Origin: a virus
Direction: 5' to 3' (one strand)
IMG/VR virus record: IMGVR_UViG_3300017714_002439
Length of the DNA stretch: 64,000 bases
Under the pieces are notes generated by a model that did no database searches, was not told the origin of the DNA, and worked only from the letters and a program-made list of their open reading frames with translations. This document shows positions 44,549 to 53,242 of the stretch, piece after piece. Position numbers and translations under genes: made by a program. Each line of letters starts with the position of its first letter. The first letter of the stretch is position 1.

Positions 44549-45463
44549 ATGTCACAGTTAGAGAAACACCACTGGATGAATGGAATTGATGAATACCTAA
44601 CACGTATTGATCATGTTCATGCTGACAAATTTAAACAAATTCATAAAGCAATTCATCAAGGACATATTTGGTCTATCAGAAACATGATGTTAGATCTAAT
44701 AAAAGAGGGAACCAAGACTACCAGTAAAGCTAATACAAATCTTTTACTTTCCCATTACCTTCCTGACTACGAGCCAACAGAAAAGCAATTACTACGTTTT
44801 ATACATAGATATGTAGACGATGGATTCTTAATTGATATATATCGATGGCTTGAAAATCACCAACATTTAGTTAATTTAGATTTGAATGATCACTTTAGTA
44901 GAGGTCAGATCAAAAGTAAACTATGGTTAATGGAAGAACTACGTAATGTAGTTGAAGGTAACCAATTGGGAACAGTAGTATTGTATGGTGGATGGTATGC
45001 CACTATTGCACATTTCTTCTTTAAGTTTTTTAGTCCATCAAAGCTATACAGTATTGATATAGATCCTAATACAGTTGAACTAGCAGATGGTTTTAATCTA
45101 AGACAAAGCAAGTTAAACAATTGGCAGTTTAAAGCATTTGCTCAAGATGTTAACAGCATTACATACGATAACGAAGGCAAGATAACTTTGCCTCCAGATG
45201 ATAGATTAGAAAATATTCCAATAAAACCAACAGTAGTAGTAAACACAAGTTGTGAGCATATGAACGAAGATTGGTTTTATAATTTACCAGATGGACAGTT
45301 TGTAGTATTGCAAACAAACGATTATTTTGGAAATGAACAACATGTTAATTGTGTTAATGGTATCAATGAAGCACTAGCAAAATATAAATTCAGTGAGGTA
45401 TACTTTAGTGGTGAATTAGATACACAATTATACAACAGGTTTATGATTATTGGGGTGAAATAA
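44549..45463 (+). CDS. Class I SAM-dependent methyltransferase-like protein
   Basis: GQIKSKLWL, VLYGGWY, SIDID and VNTSCEH motifs. Confidence 0.7.
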   Translation: MSQLEKHHWMNGIDEYLTRIDHVHADKFKQIHKAIHQGHIWSIRNMMLDLIKEGTKTTSKANTNLLLSHYLPDYEPTEKQLLRFIHRYVDDGFLIDIYRWLENHQHLVNLDLNDHFSRGQIKSKLWLMEELRNVVEGNQLGTVVLYGGWYATIAHFFFKFFSPSKLYSIDIDPNTVELADGFNLRQSKLNNWQFKAFAQDVNSITYDNEGKITLPPDDRLENIPIKPTVVVNTSCEHMNEDWFYNLPDGQFVVLQTNDYFGNEQHVNCVNGINEALAKYKFSEVYFSGELDTQLYNRFMIIGVK

Positions 45464-45502
45464 TTATAATAGTTGTTAATGCATATTTTATTAAATTAAG
45501 TA

Positions 45503-45531
45503 TTGACAACTACCTAGAAAAGTGGTATAGT
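45503..45531 (+). promoter_or_regulatory. Sigma70-type promoter
   Basis: TTGACA-17 nt-TATAGT. Confidence 0.7.
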
Positions 45532-45557
45532 ATTAATTAAATAAACAGGAGCAACTT

Positions 45558-45767
45558 ATGATTACAAGTAGACAAATTGTTGATATTATTCGCAAAGAAA
45601 AGCAAAAGACAAAGAGCACGGAAATGCAATCTGCATATGATAATATTCTTAACCGTATAGAGGTCATAGAGGATGTTGAATTGCATAATAGATATAGTTC
45701 ATTTGGCATGACAAGAGACGTAGATGAGAGAATGTCAAAAGATGAGCTCGAAAAAATATTTAAGTGA
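45558..45767 (+). CDS. Small hypothetical protein
   Basis: AGGAG RBS. Confidence 0.65.
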   Translation: MITSRQIVDIIRKEKQKTKSTEMQSAYDNILNRIEVIEDVELHNRYSSFGMTRDVDERMSKDELEKIFK

Positions 45768-45999
45768 AGTTTGGCACAGAGTAATAGTCAGGCATAAAGA
45801 TAAAAAAGAAGCAGTCAAGTGGCTAGACGATATGAATATCGTAGCACACTGGCAAGACTTTAACAATGACTATTTTGATGATGAGCTAAACACCATTCAA
45901 TTTATTTTTCGAGAAAGTGAAGATTCAGACTTGACATGTGCTACATCTTTTGCTAAACTGTTTTCACTGCATAACGAGGTAAGAAGCTATGAGGTTTAA
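45742..45999 (+). CDS. Small hypothetical protein
   Basis: Start uncertain; overlaps both neighbours. Confidence 0.55.
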   Translation: MSSKKYLSEVWHRVIVRHKDKKEAVKWLDDMNIVAHWQDFNNDYFDDELNTIQFIFRESEDSDLTCATSFAKLFSLHNEVRSYEV

Positions 46000-46300
46000 A
46001 GATATAAAATTTAAAAAAACAACAACTCCTAAAGGTATACAAGCATTAATTCAGTTTGGTCCATATGAGCTAAGTGTTATTCAAAACGAGATGTCATATG
46101 GTGGGCAAATGGGTTTATATGAAATAGGAGTGTTTTCAGGTGAAGAACTTATTGAATTACCTGGCATCACTGAAGACGGTGATTGTGTTAGAGGCTATTT
46201 GACAGAGTCAAATGTTGATGCAATCATGCAAAAACTGTATTTAATTACCGCAAAAAATCCGGTGAATATACAAGTAAGAAATATGGAGACATCACAATGA
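45989..46300 (+). CDS. Conserved phage hypothetical protein
   Basis: YELSVIQ..SYGG..GLYEI..V.GYLT pattern. Confidence 0.65.
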   Translation: MRFKDIKFKKTTTPKGIQALIQFGPYELSVIQNEMSYGGQMGLYEIGVFSGEELIELPGITEDGDCVRGYLTESNVDAIMQKLYLITAKNPVNIQVRNMETSQ

Positions 46301-46515
46301 AACAAGAACTTTACTTAGAATATCAAGTAGGAAATAAAACTGCCCGAGTAATGAAACGAAACGATCAATTTGAAGTTGATTTTTTTGACGGTCAGAAACA
46401 AATGGGAACTATTAACTATGCAGATAAAAGTATACACTTTGTAGAAGACGCTGCTGAAAACTGGGTAACAGGAATTATGACACAAGCTACGCTAAATACG
46501 TATAGTATAAAATAG
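46297..46515 (+). CDS. Small hypothetical protein
   Basis: ATGA coupling; GGAG RBS. Confidence 0.6.
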   Translation: MKQELYLEYQVGNKTARVMKRNDQFEVDFFDGQKQMGTINYADKSIHFVEDAAENWVTGIMTQATLNTYSIK

Positions 46516-46529
46516 CAAGCAGAGGTATC

Positions 46530-47276
46530 ATGTCAGACATTATTAACGATATTAAACGAACGTCACAAGTAATCAGACGTTGTCAAAGAAATTGGGATCT
46601 TTCAAAATCAATCCCACGTGAACACATTGAGTTATTGGCAGAAGTAGCCAAGAACTCGCCAGCTAAACAAGATGAAGCATATTTTGATGTATATGCTATT
46701 ACTGATAGAGGACTAGTTGAAGAACTGTATGAAGATAGTTATGGATTTACAACTGGTGTATTAGATGGAGAAAAGTTTGAAGTTTGGCCAAATTCCCAAT
46801 CAAGAGCTAATCTTATATTTTGTTGGGTAGCAAAACAACCAAAAACAATGCGTAATTATTATCAAGATAATGTAGATAACGATCATTTTATTGCAAGTGA
46901 ATATGATGTAGAAGATGCTGATAAAACTCCAGGTAATCCTAAAGATCCAGGTGAGTGGAGTAGAAGCGTTGAAAATACTTATACATCAATTGGTATCTCA
47001 ACAGCATGTGTGGCAATGGCAGCAGCACGTTTGGGATATGTAACTGGTTACAATAAAAATGTAGGGTTGTTTGATGAAACAATTGAAATTGATACAAGTG
47101 ATACAGTATGGTTGAGATATTCACTGGGTATAGGATTTCCACTTGAAGACCAACCTCATCATATTGATAACGAAGGAAGAAACTTCATGTCTTATTCAAT
47201 GACTACAGAACGAGATAATGAAGTTATTGAAGTTACACGCCAAGACGGCAAAATCATTAAAACTAAAATCATTTAA
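46530..47276 (+). CDS. Nitroreductase-fold protein, divergent
   Basis: RRCQRNW, SPAKQ, SIGISTA..A.LGYVTG and LGIGF motifs. Confidence 0.65.
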   Translation: MSDIINDIKRTSQVIRRCQRNWDLSKSIPREHIELLAEVAKNSPAKQDEAYFDVYAITDRGLVEELYEDSYGFTTGVLDGEKFEVWPNSQSRANLIFCWVAKQPKTMRNYYQDNVDNDHFIASEYDVEDADKTPGNPKDPGEWSRSVENTYTSIGISTACVAMAAARLGYVTGYNKNVGLFDETIEIDTSDTVWLRYSLGIGFPLEDQPHHIDNEGRNFMSYSMTTERDNEVIEVTRQDGKIIKTKII

Positions 47277-47294
47277 ATTAAAATAGTAACAATA

Positions 47295-47378
47295 GCGTCT
47301 ATGGTGGAATAGGTAGACACGACAGACTTAAAATCTGTTGCTTATGGCGTCCCGGTTCGAGTCCGGGTAGACGCACCA
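47295..47378 (+). tRNA. tRNA-Leu(UAA)
   Basis: 84 nt with long variable arm; GCGTCTA/TAGACGC acceptor, ACAGA-CTTAAAA-TCTGT anticodon arm, CCA. Confidence 0.96.
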
Positions 47379-47380
47379 AT

Positions 47381-47408
47381 AAAAGGGCAGTGTAAAAACT
47401 GCCCTTTT
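47381..47408. terminator. Bidirectional intrinsic terminator
   Basis: AAAAGGGCAG-tgtaaaaa-CTGCCCTTTT between tRNA-Leu and the convergent endolysin gene. Confidence 0.85.
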
Positions 47409-47411
47409 ACT

Positions 47412-47924
47412 TTAAATCATTTGTAATGCTAGTTCAGTTGTTTCATCGACTCGACGAGTCCAACCACGTCCAAAAGTTTCAAAAGTTTTTAATCTTTCGT
47501 AATAACCTTGTCTTGCTTCTTGGAAATTTTTGATTGCATTATCTAATCCGACTTTGTCTACATATTCATTAACGCATCTTATTGTATTAGGGCCTATGCC
47601 TCCGTCTACTGTGGTTCCAACCATTTTCTGCAAATATTTTGCAGTTCGGCCAGTGCCTGCGTTAACACCAAAGTCGAATACGCATAAATCTAATCCGTCA
47701 GGTAAATCGTCACCTTTGACTCTGTCCCAATAATTTTTCTTATATATTGGAGCAACGTCTTTGACGGTTAGATCACGCATACTCTTTGTTCCGCCCCATT
47801 CTTCATAAACTCGCTTAGTTACTCCTAAGTTAGTCTCGCCTCCTGGGTCTTTTGGATGGTTTACATAACCACCCTCATGGTGTAAAATAGTTTCTAGACA
47901 TTTGTCGTAGTTTCTATGTGCCAA
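47412..47924 (-). CDS. Endolysin, glycoside hydrolase family 108 with peptidoglycan-binding domain
   Basis: EGGYVNHPKDPGGETNLGVT, FDFGVNAG, DGGIGPNT and FGRGW.RR motifs; TTG start. Confidence 0.92.
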   Translation of the reverse strand: MAHRNYDKCLETILHHEGGYVNHPKDPGGETNLGVTKRVYEEWGGTKSMRDLTVKDVAPIYKKNYWDRVKGDDLPDGLDLCVFDFGVNAGTGRTAKYLQKMVGTTVDGGIGPNTIRCVNEYVDKVGLDNAIKNFQEARQGYYERLKTFETFGRGWTRRVDETTELALQMI

Positions 47925-47927
47925 TTT

Positions 47928-48107
47928 TTAATCCTCTTCTCTTTTCCAGATTGTCCATGCACCCCAAACAATAGCCACCCAAGCGGCAATTTTTGCTAAT
48001 GGTGTGAACATTAGAAAAACGACACCAGCGGCGACTAGCATCATGCCATCCCATGTAGTGCGTTCTTTGAAAAGTCCTGTGACTTTATTCTTTAAATAGT
48101 TAAACAT
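47928..48107 (-). CDS. Putative holin (59 aa, two TM helices), not in the ORF track
   Basis: AAGGAG RBS; MFNYLKNK...WDGMMLVAAGVVFLMFTPLAKIAAWVAIVWGAWTIWKREED; directly upstream of the endolysin. Confidence 0.6.
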   Translation of the reverse strand: MFNYLKNKVTGLFKERTTWDGMMLVAAGVVFLMFTPLAKIAAWVAIVWGAWTIWKREED

Positions 48108-48202
48108 AGTTGTTCTCCTTTTTATAACAGGTCACATTATGGCCTGTTACACGTATTTATGATAAAATTATGACTAAATACACTTAATACGAGGAGTAAA
48201 GC

Positions 48203-48580
48203 ATGGAACTAGTGCATAAGCATATTATATTAAGAATAGAAGCAAAGAAACCACCAAGTGAGCTTGAATTACAGCTATGGATGGCACAACTAGTAGAAAA
48301 GATAGATATGAAAATATTAGCCGGTCCTATATCAGCTAATATAGATTATATGCCAGGAAACAACGGGCCAACTTGTGTTGTTATTATTGAAACATCACAT
48401 TTTGCTTGCCATGTATGGACCGACTCGAACCCAGCCCTAATACAATTAGATGTTTACACTTGTGGTCCTTTTGACCCACATAAAGTGTTAGAACACATTC
48501 AAGTGTGGGAACCAACTAAAGTAGAATACAAATATCTAGATAGAGAACACGGATTAAACGAAATAAGTATTGACAAATAA
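48203..48580 (+). CDS. speD: S-adenosylmethionine decarboxylase proenzyme-like protein
   Basis: G.TCVVIIETSH..CHVW and QLDVYTCG motifs. Confidence 0.8.
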   Translation: MELVHKHIILRIEAKKPPSELELQLWMAQLVEKIDMKILAGPISANIDYMPGNNGPTCVVIIETSHFACHVWTDSNPALIQLDVYTCGPFDPHKVLEHIQVWEPTKVEYKYLDREHGLNEISIDK

Positions 48581-48598
48581 TACAACCTGCGTTATACT
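48570..48598 (+). promoter_or_regulatory. Sigma70-type promoter
   Basis: TTGACA-17 nt-TATACT. Confidence 0.7.
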
Positions 48599-48629
48599 AG
48601 TAGAGTATATAAAGCGTTAGGAGTATTAT

Positions 48630-49067
48630 ATGACTATGCACTTAGTTGGTCCTTACATGACCACAACTCAATACAGTCGTAAGAAAAAGAAAAAACACAT
48701 GACTGTTGAAAAACAAGAAAAGCTAAAGATACAATGGCGTAAGCATAATAAAGATTGTCGCAGACGACATATTCATTCAGCACAGTTTGAAAAATTTGAA
48801 GACTTTGTTGATTACATCAATGGAACATATACAGCACCAAAAAGAGAATATGTTGGTAAAGCATATGAACCACCCAAGCTACGTGAAACTCCAGACTATC
48901 CAAGTTTGAGCAACAACGTTGGCGGATCAGCTCCTCGTAAAGAAAGTATGAAATACACAGGTGAACGTAAATTACTAGGTATTGCTACAATGCATAAAAG
49001 TAATATGGTTCCAGTATTTGCTGATAATAAAGAAGAAGCAGTGGAGATTGCTAGAATGAGGCGCTGA
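48630..49067 (+). CDS. Conserved basic phage protein
   Basis: AGGAG RBS; YTG..LGIATMHKSNMVPVF motif. Confidence 0.75.
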   Translation: MTMHLVGPYMTTTQYSRKKKKKHMTVEKQEKLKIQWRKHNKDCRRRHIHSAQFEKFEDFVDYINGTYTAPKREYVGKAYEPPKLRETPDYPSLSNNVGGSAPRKESMKYTGERKLLGIATMHKSNMVPVFADNKEEAVEIARMRR

Positions 49068-49095
49068 GTTTTAGTAAATTAACTAGGATAACAGT

Positions 49096-49272
49096 ATGAA
49101 AAATCTCAAAAACTTATTTCGATATAAAGTAATGGAATGGCATATGCAGGCAAATGACGAAAGGGTAAGTTGGGGACAACGAACTATAAGTTTTGCTGAA
49201 TATGTTTCTCGTTACCGTTGGTGGTTACGAAGAAAATTTAGAAAGGAACAAGATGCAGATAGAAAGAACTGA
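49096..49272 (+). CDS. Small hypothetical protein (58 aa), not in the ORF track
   Basis: AGGA RBS; MKNLKNLFRYKVMEW...RWWLRRKF. Confidence 0.6.
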   Translation: MKNLKNLFRYKVMEWHMQANDERVSWGQRTISFAEYVSRYRWWLRRKFRKEQDADRKN

Positions 49273-49444
49273 AGAAGAAATTTTAGAACAAGCAATAAAG
49301 GAGTGGAAACAAAAGGGTGGTAAAATCACCATATGTGAACCGGGTGCTAGATCAGAAGATATACAGATTGGGCAATGGGGAAAACGCAAGAAAAATAAAA
49401 AGATTGGCGCAATAAAAACTGATAAGTTTGGCGAAGGCAAGTAA
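49253..49444 (+). CDS. Small hypothetical protein
   Basis: Start trimmed to MQIER (AAGGA RBS); KGGKITICEPG. Confidence 0.6.
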   Translation: MQIERTEEEILEQAIKEWKQKGGKITICEPGARSEDIQIGQWGKRKKNKKIGAIKTDKFGEGK

Positions 49445-49884
49445 TGTATAAAGTAACAGCATACTTTAAAGACCATAAAGTTACAAGAAAATTTTATGAT
49501 TTATATGATGCAATAGATTATAGAGATAGTGCAGATGCTTACTATCCTATTAAAGTAACATTTGAAAAGGTAAAAGATATGAGAGAATGGGTATATGAAT
49601 GTTGGAATGCAGTAATGGATGATAAAAGAAATCCATTAAGTAATATTCCAGACTTCAGCACTAGGCATATGATTATGCAAGTATTAGCATGGATGTGGTG
49701 TATTACATTTGCATTTATTGTAGGTAGTATGTGGGCTGGAGTAGTTTCTATGATGATACATGTAGTATTACTAGGAGCCATTGCAGTAACAGTTGCCACA
49801 TTTGAAACAGCAAAACGTAAACCACAGTTTTTTGTAAGAGATAATCGTATTAATTCAAGAGCTCCAGGTGGCGAACACGAGTAG
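49444..49884 (+). CDS. Membrane protein, possibly a two-ORF fusion
   Basis: TAATG coupling; internal AAGGT-ATG at MREWVY; two TM helices. Confidence 0.65.
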   Translation: MYKVTAYFKDHKVTRKFYDLYDAIDYRDSADAYYPIKVTFEKVKDMREWVYECWNAVMDDKRNPLSNIPDFSTRHMIMQVLAWMWCITFAFIVGSMWAGVVSMMIHVVLLGAIAVTVATFETAKRKPQFFVRDNRINSRAPGGEHE

Positions 49885-49891
49885 AAAAAGG

Positions 49892-49920
49892 TTGACAAAA
49901 CCAAGAGTTCTTGCTATAAT
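49892..49920 (+). promoter_or_regulatory. Sigma70 early promoter with CAAGA-NN-TCTTG spacer palindrome
   Basis: TTGACA aaaccaagagttcttgc TATAAT; 2 mismatches against the 15952 copy. Confidence 0.8.
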
Positions 49921-49947
49921 ATGTGTATGTTAAATGAAAGAGAAGAT

Positions 49948-50541
49948 ATGAAAAACTACAAAATTATACTTACAGATTGCGATGGAGTGTTACTTAATTG
50001 GGAGGCAGCATTTCACCAATGGATGGAGTCGCATGGACGTAAGGTAGTAGCGTCAGGTATGTATGACATTGCACAGCAATACGGATTAACTAAACCAGAA
50101 GGTAAGACACTTATTAAAATATTCAATGAAAGTGCATGGATGGGTTATTTAAAAGCATTTCGTGATGCACGAAGTGGTGTTGCTAAATTATACGAGCATG
50201 GATATCGTTTTCATTGTATTACTAGTTTAAGTTTAGATCAAAAAGCACAACGTTTACGAGCATATAACTTAGAAAATGTTTTTGGTAAAGGAACATTTAA
50301 AGAGTTAGTTTGTTTAGATACTGGTGCAGACAAAGATGATGCACTAGCAAAGTATAAAGATAGTGGACTTTGGTGGATTGAAGACAAACCAAGTAATGCC
50401 AGGTGTGGATCTCGGTTTGGATTACGACCTATATTGATTGCACATGAACATAATGAAAGTTCAAGCCTTGATCCTACAATGACTAGGTTAATGGATTGGA
50501 ATGCTATTACTACACATATTTTAGATAACGATAATATTTAA
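49948..50541 (+). CDS. HAD-family nucleotidase (T4 gp30.2-like)
   Basis: LTDCDGVLLNW, ITSL and WWIEDKP motifs. Confidence 0.8.
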   Translation: MKNYKIILTDCDGVLLNWEAAFHQWMESHGRKVVASGMYDIAQQYGLTKPEGKTLIKIFNESAWMGYLKAFRDARSGVAKLYEHGYRFHCITSLSLDQKAQRLRAYNLENVFGKGTFKELVCLDTGADKDDALAKYKDSGLWWIEDKPSNARCGSRFGLRPILIAHEHNESSSLDPTMTRLMDWNAITTHILDNDNI

Positions 50542-50582
50542 CAGCTGGCAAGTTAGGGCTTTATTTTTAACTCTGTTAAATG

Positions 50583-51323
50583 TTACTTAATATTATCGTC
50601 ACCGTAAATGTCTAGAACTGCACTTACCGCCGGGTGTCTTTCAACCTCATCTTTAGTGAATTCAACTACACTAATCATTTTATTGTTGCGGGTTTTAAGC
50701 AGTCCTACAAAATCTTTCAGACCGTTATGTTCAAAACCACGGTCATGCTGGTTGAGGTCTCCTGTAACTACTATCTTTGAATTGTTGCCAATACGGGTTA
50801 ACAACATTTTCATCTGACTTGGTGTAGCGTTTTGCATTTCGTCTGCAACGATCCAAGCGTTTTTAAATGTTCTACCACGCATGTAGGCTAACGGTGCGAT
50901 TTCGATAACATTTTCTTCTATCATGTTTTCGATTTCTTTTGGACCCCAATACTCTTCCATTACGTCGAATATAGGTCTTGTCCATGGTGCCATCTTTTCA
51001 ACAAGTGTGCCGGGTAGAAAACCGTGTTGTTCATCAACTGATACAGCTGGTCTAGTAATAACAATTTTATCGCATTGTCTATTATTCATTGCGTCTATGG
51101 CAGCTAATACGCCAAGCATTGTTTTACCTGTTCCTGCTGGTCCCATAGCAAACACAATATGCTTGCTGACATCATCTAGCATTTCAAGATAGTCCTCTTG
51201 AAGTAGGTTTTTTGGGATAATTTGCACGTGTTTCTGCCTACGTCTGTAAGCACTTACTGAAATAACATCATTTGAATAACTTTGATGTTGTTGTTTTTTT
51301 GTTTTTCGAGCTCTTTTTGCCAT
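50583..51323 (-). CDS. phoH: PhoH-family ATPase
   Basis: GPAGTGKT, ITRPAV, GFLPG, PLAYMRGRTF, DEMQN, GDLNQ.D and RH motifs. Confidence 0.95.
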   Translation of the reverse strand: MAKRARKTKKQQHQSYSNDVISVSAYRRRQKHVQIIPKNLLQEDYLEMLDDVSKHIVFAMGPAGTGKTMLGVLAAIDAMNNRQCDKIVITRPAVSVDEQHGFLPGTLVEKMAPWTRPIFDVMEEYWGPKEIENMIEENVIEIAPLAYMRGRTFKNAWIVADEMQNATPSQMKMLLTRIGNNSKIVVTGDLNQHDRGFEHNGLKDFVGLLKTRNNKMISVVEFTKDEVERHPAVSAVLDIYGDDNIK

Positions 51324-51450
51324 CTTAACTCCTATTATAAGGTTTTTACATTGGCCTAACTTGCCTGCTCATAAGTATTTAACAAAGAAACGCATAAGTT
51401 AACATTGTGTTTAAAGTCTAGATAAATAAACATATAAGGAAGATAAAATT

Positions 51451-51978
51451 ATGGATCAAAATTACATTATAGATACACTTAAAAACAACATTAATCGTCA
51501 AAGTGCGTTAGATACACTTATTGACTTTGAGCGTGTTTTAGATAATCAAAACATTTATACATATGCAAATTGGCTTGACGGCGAAATTGTTGAGGGACCA
51601 CACATTGAAAAATATTGGGTAACAGTTACATTAATGTATCCATATGATAAAATGCCAGACCCAGAAGGTGCAAAGCGTTTGCTAAAACATGACTGTAAAG
51701 TATATTACGCAAAAGATACTTTAATTACAGCGGCTAAACTCAAAGACCCTACTGACAGTGAACCAAGAGATGGTTCAGATGGAAAAAGACCCGGGCAACA
51801 TAGAGCTCATAAAATTGAAGAACCAATTTGGTTAGTAACATTAGAAATTCAACGTAAGTTTATGCAAGAGTTAGCAACAGCAGATTTAAGTATAGCTAAT
51901 GATACACTAGATGGTGAATCGGTGAATGCAGCTATGGACGATGGAGCAGGAGATGATGATGCAACAGCACAAATCTAA
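51451..51978 (+). CDS. Conserved jumbo-phage hypothetical protein
   Basis: DFERVLD, GEIVEGP and MPDPEGAKRL motifs. Confidence 0.75.
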   Translation: MDQNYIIDTLKNNINRQSALDTLIDFERVLDNQNIYTYANWLDGEIVEGPHIEKYWVTVTLMYPYDKMPDPEGAKRLLKHDCKVYYAKDTLITAAKLKDPTDSEPRDGSDGKRPGQHRAHKIEEPIWLVTLEIQRKFMQELATADLSIANDTLDGESVNAAMDDGAGDDDATAQI

Positions 51979-52453
51979 TATCAGCGAAAACATTAAGCAT
52001 AATGATTTAGCAGGATTAGTAAATCCAATATTCAGCGTTGATCAGTATAAGTCAAAATTAGGCGAAGATGAGAATGTAATTGTAATTGCATTTGTTGTTA
52101 TGGATTTAGAACCAGCACAAGAACTAAGTCAATTTTTAGAAACTGGACATGACGTAATTGATATAGATGTTAGCACAGGTCCAAATGAAGACGGACATTA
52201 TTCTGTATTTGTCGAAATAGATAGAGATAGCAAAGCATTTGAATGTATAGATGCAATCGTTAAAGATGTTCAACGTGCAAACACAGAACTTACAAATCCA
52301 CAATTTACTAGTTACGAAGATAAGAGTCCAAGAGATTGGAACGAAGGAAACTTTACTGCCAACGTTATTGTTAATAGTTATGATTATGTGCTAAAACATA
52401 ATCCAGAAGCTAAACAAATAAAAGAAAGAATTGACTTCCTAAGGAAGTATTAA
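51959..52453 (+). CDS. Hypothetical protein
   Basis: AGGAG RBS 6 nt before ATG 51959. Confidence 0.7.
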   Translation: MQQHKSNISENIKHNDLAGLVNPIFSVDQYKSKLGEDENVIVIAFVVMDLEPAQELSQFLETGHDVIDIDVSTGPNEDGHYSVFVEIDRDSKAFECIDAIVKDVQRANTELTNPQFTSYEDKSPRDWNEGNFTANVIVNSYDYVLKHNPEAKQIKERIDFLRKY

Positions 52454-52467
52454 TTCAGGTAAAAAAG

Positions 52468-52935
52468 ATGTTTACAAAACTCAAAGTTTATATTATAATG
52501 TTTACAGCGTTTGCAATGTTTGCCGGTGTTGCTTATTGGTATTATAAAGATACACAAAAAGCACTAGCAGTTGCAGCCGCTAACCAAGCCAAACTTGAAA
52601 CAAGTTTAAGCATACAAAAAGAAACAACAGCAAGTTTGCAAGCAGATATAAAACTAATGACAAAAACAATACAAGAACTAAATCAAGAATTTGCACTAAG
52701 TAGATTAAATGTTAAAAAAATAGAACAATTATTTACACAAAGTGAAGATGGAACATCACGTGATTTTGGTGAGCTAACAATTCAGCAACCAGATTATGTA
52801 GAAGAAAAAATCCAAAAAGGAAATGACGAAGTTTTTAGATGTATAGAATTACTAAGTGGCCAGGAGGCCAAAACAGGAGAAAAAGAAAATGCAGAATTTA
52901 TTGATTGCCTCGGCACTAATACTAACACTGACTAG
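52468..52935 (+). CDS. Inner-membrane spanin (Rz-like)
   Basis: N-terminal TM helix and periplasmic coiled coil with C-terminal Cys residues; overlaps a lipoprotein gene. Confidence 0.7.
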   Translation: MFTKLKVYIIMFTAFAMFAGVAYWYYKDTQKALAVAAANQAKLETSLSIQKETTASLQADIKLMTKTIQELNQEFALSRLNVKKIEQLFTQSEDGTSRDFGELTIQQPDYVEEKIQKGNDEVFRCIELLSGQEAKTGEKENAEFIDCLGTNTNTD

Positions 52936-53242
52936 TTGCTCAAGCATACCTAACATAATAGACATTAATACTTCTCCAGTAGAAAGACCTCCACTAGTGG
53001 TCCCTGATGTAGATGAATTTACTACAAGACCTATTGAATGGACAGTTGTAACACCTGAGAATCAAGAACAAGTATTCCAGGATTTAAACAATGAAGATAT
53101 AGATGTGGTACTTTACGCAATAACTGACGAAGGATATAAAAATCTTTCGTTGAATATGGCAGATATTATTAAGTTGGTAAAACAGCAAAAATCAATAATT
53201 GCCGCTTACGAAAAGTATAACAATGAAGAAGAAGCAGAGTAA
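52889..53242 (+). CDS. Outer-membrane spanin lipoprotein (Rz1-like)
   Basis: MQNLLIASALILTLTSC lipobox; Pro-rich N-region; overlaps the i-spanin 3' end. Confidence 0.7.
   Translation: MQNLLIASALILTLTSCSSIPNIIDINTSPVERPPLVVPDVDEFTTRPIEWTVVTPENQEQVFQDLNNEDIDVVLYAITDEGYKNLSLNMADIIKLVKQQKSIIAAYEKYNNEEEAE

Noticed and set aside
15950-49920. Repeated ~31-nt sequences considered as CRISPR repeats or attachment sites
   Set aside because: They are kilobases apart and each is a -35/-10 promoter; no regularly spaced array or cas gene appears in the window.
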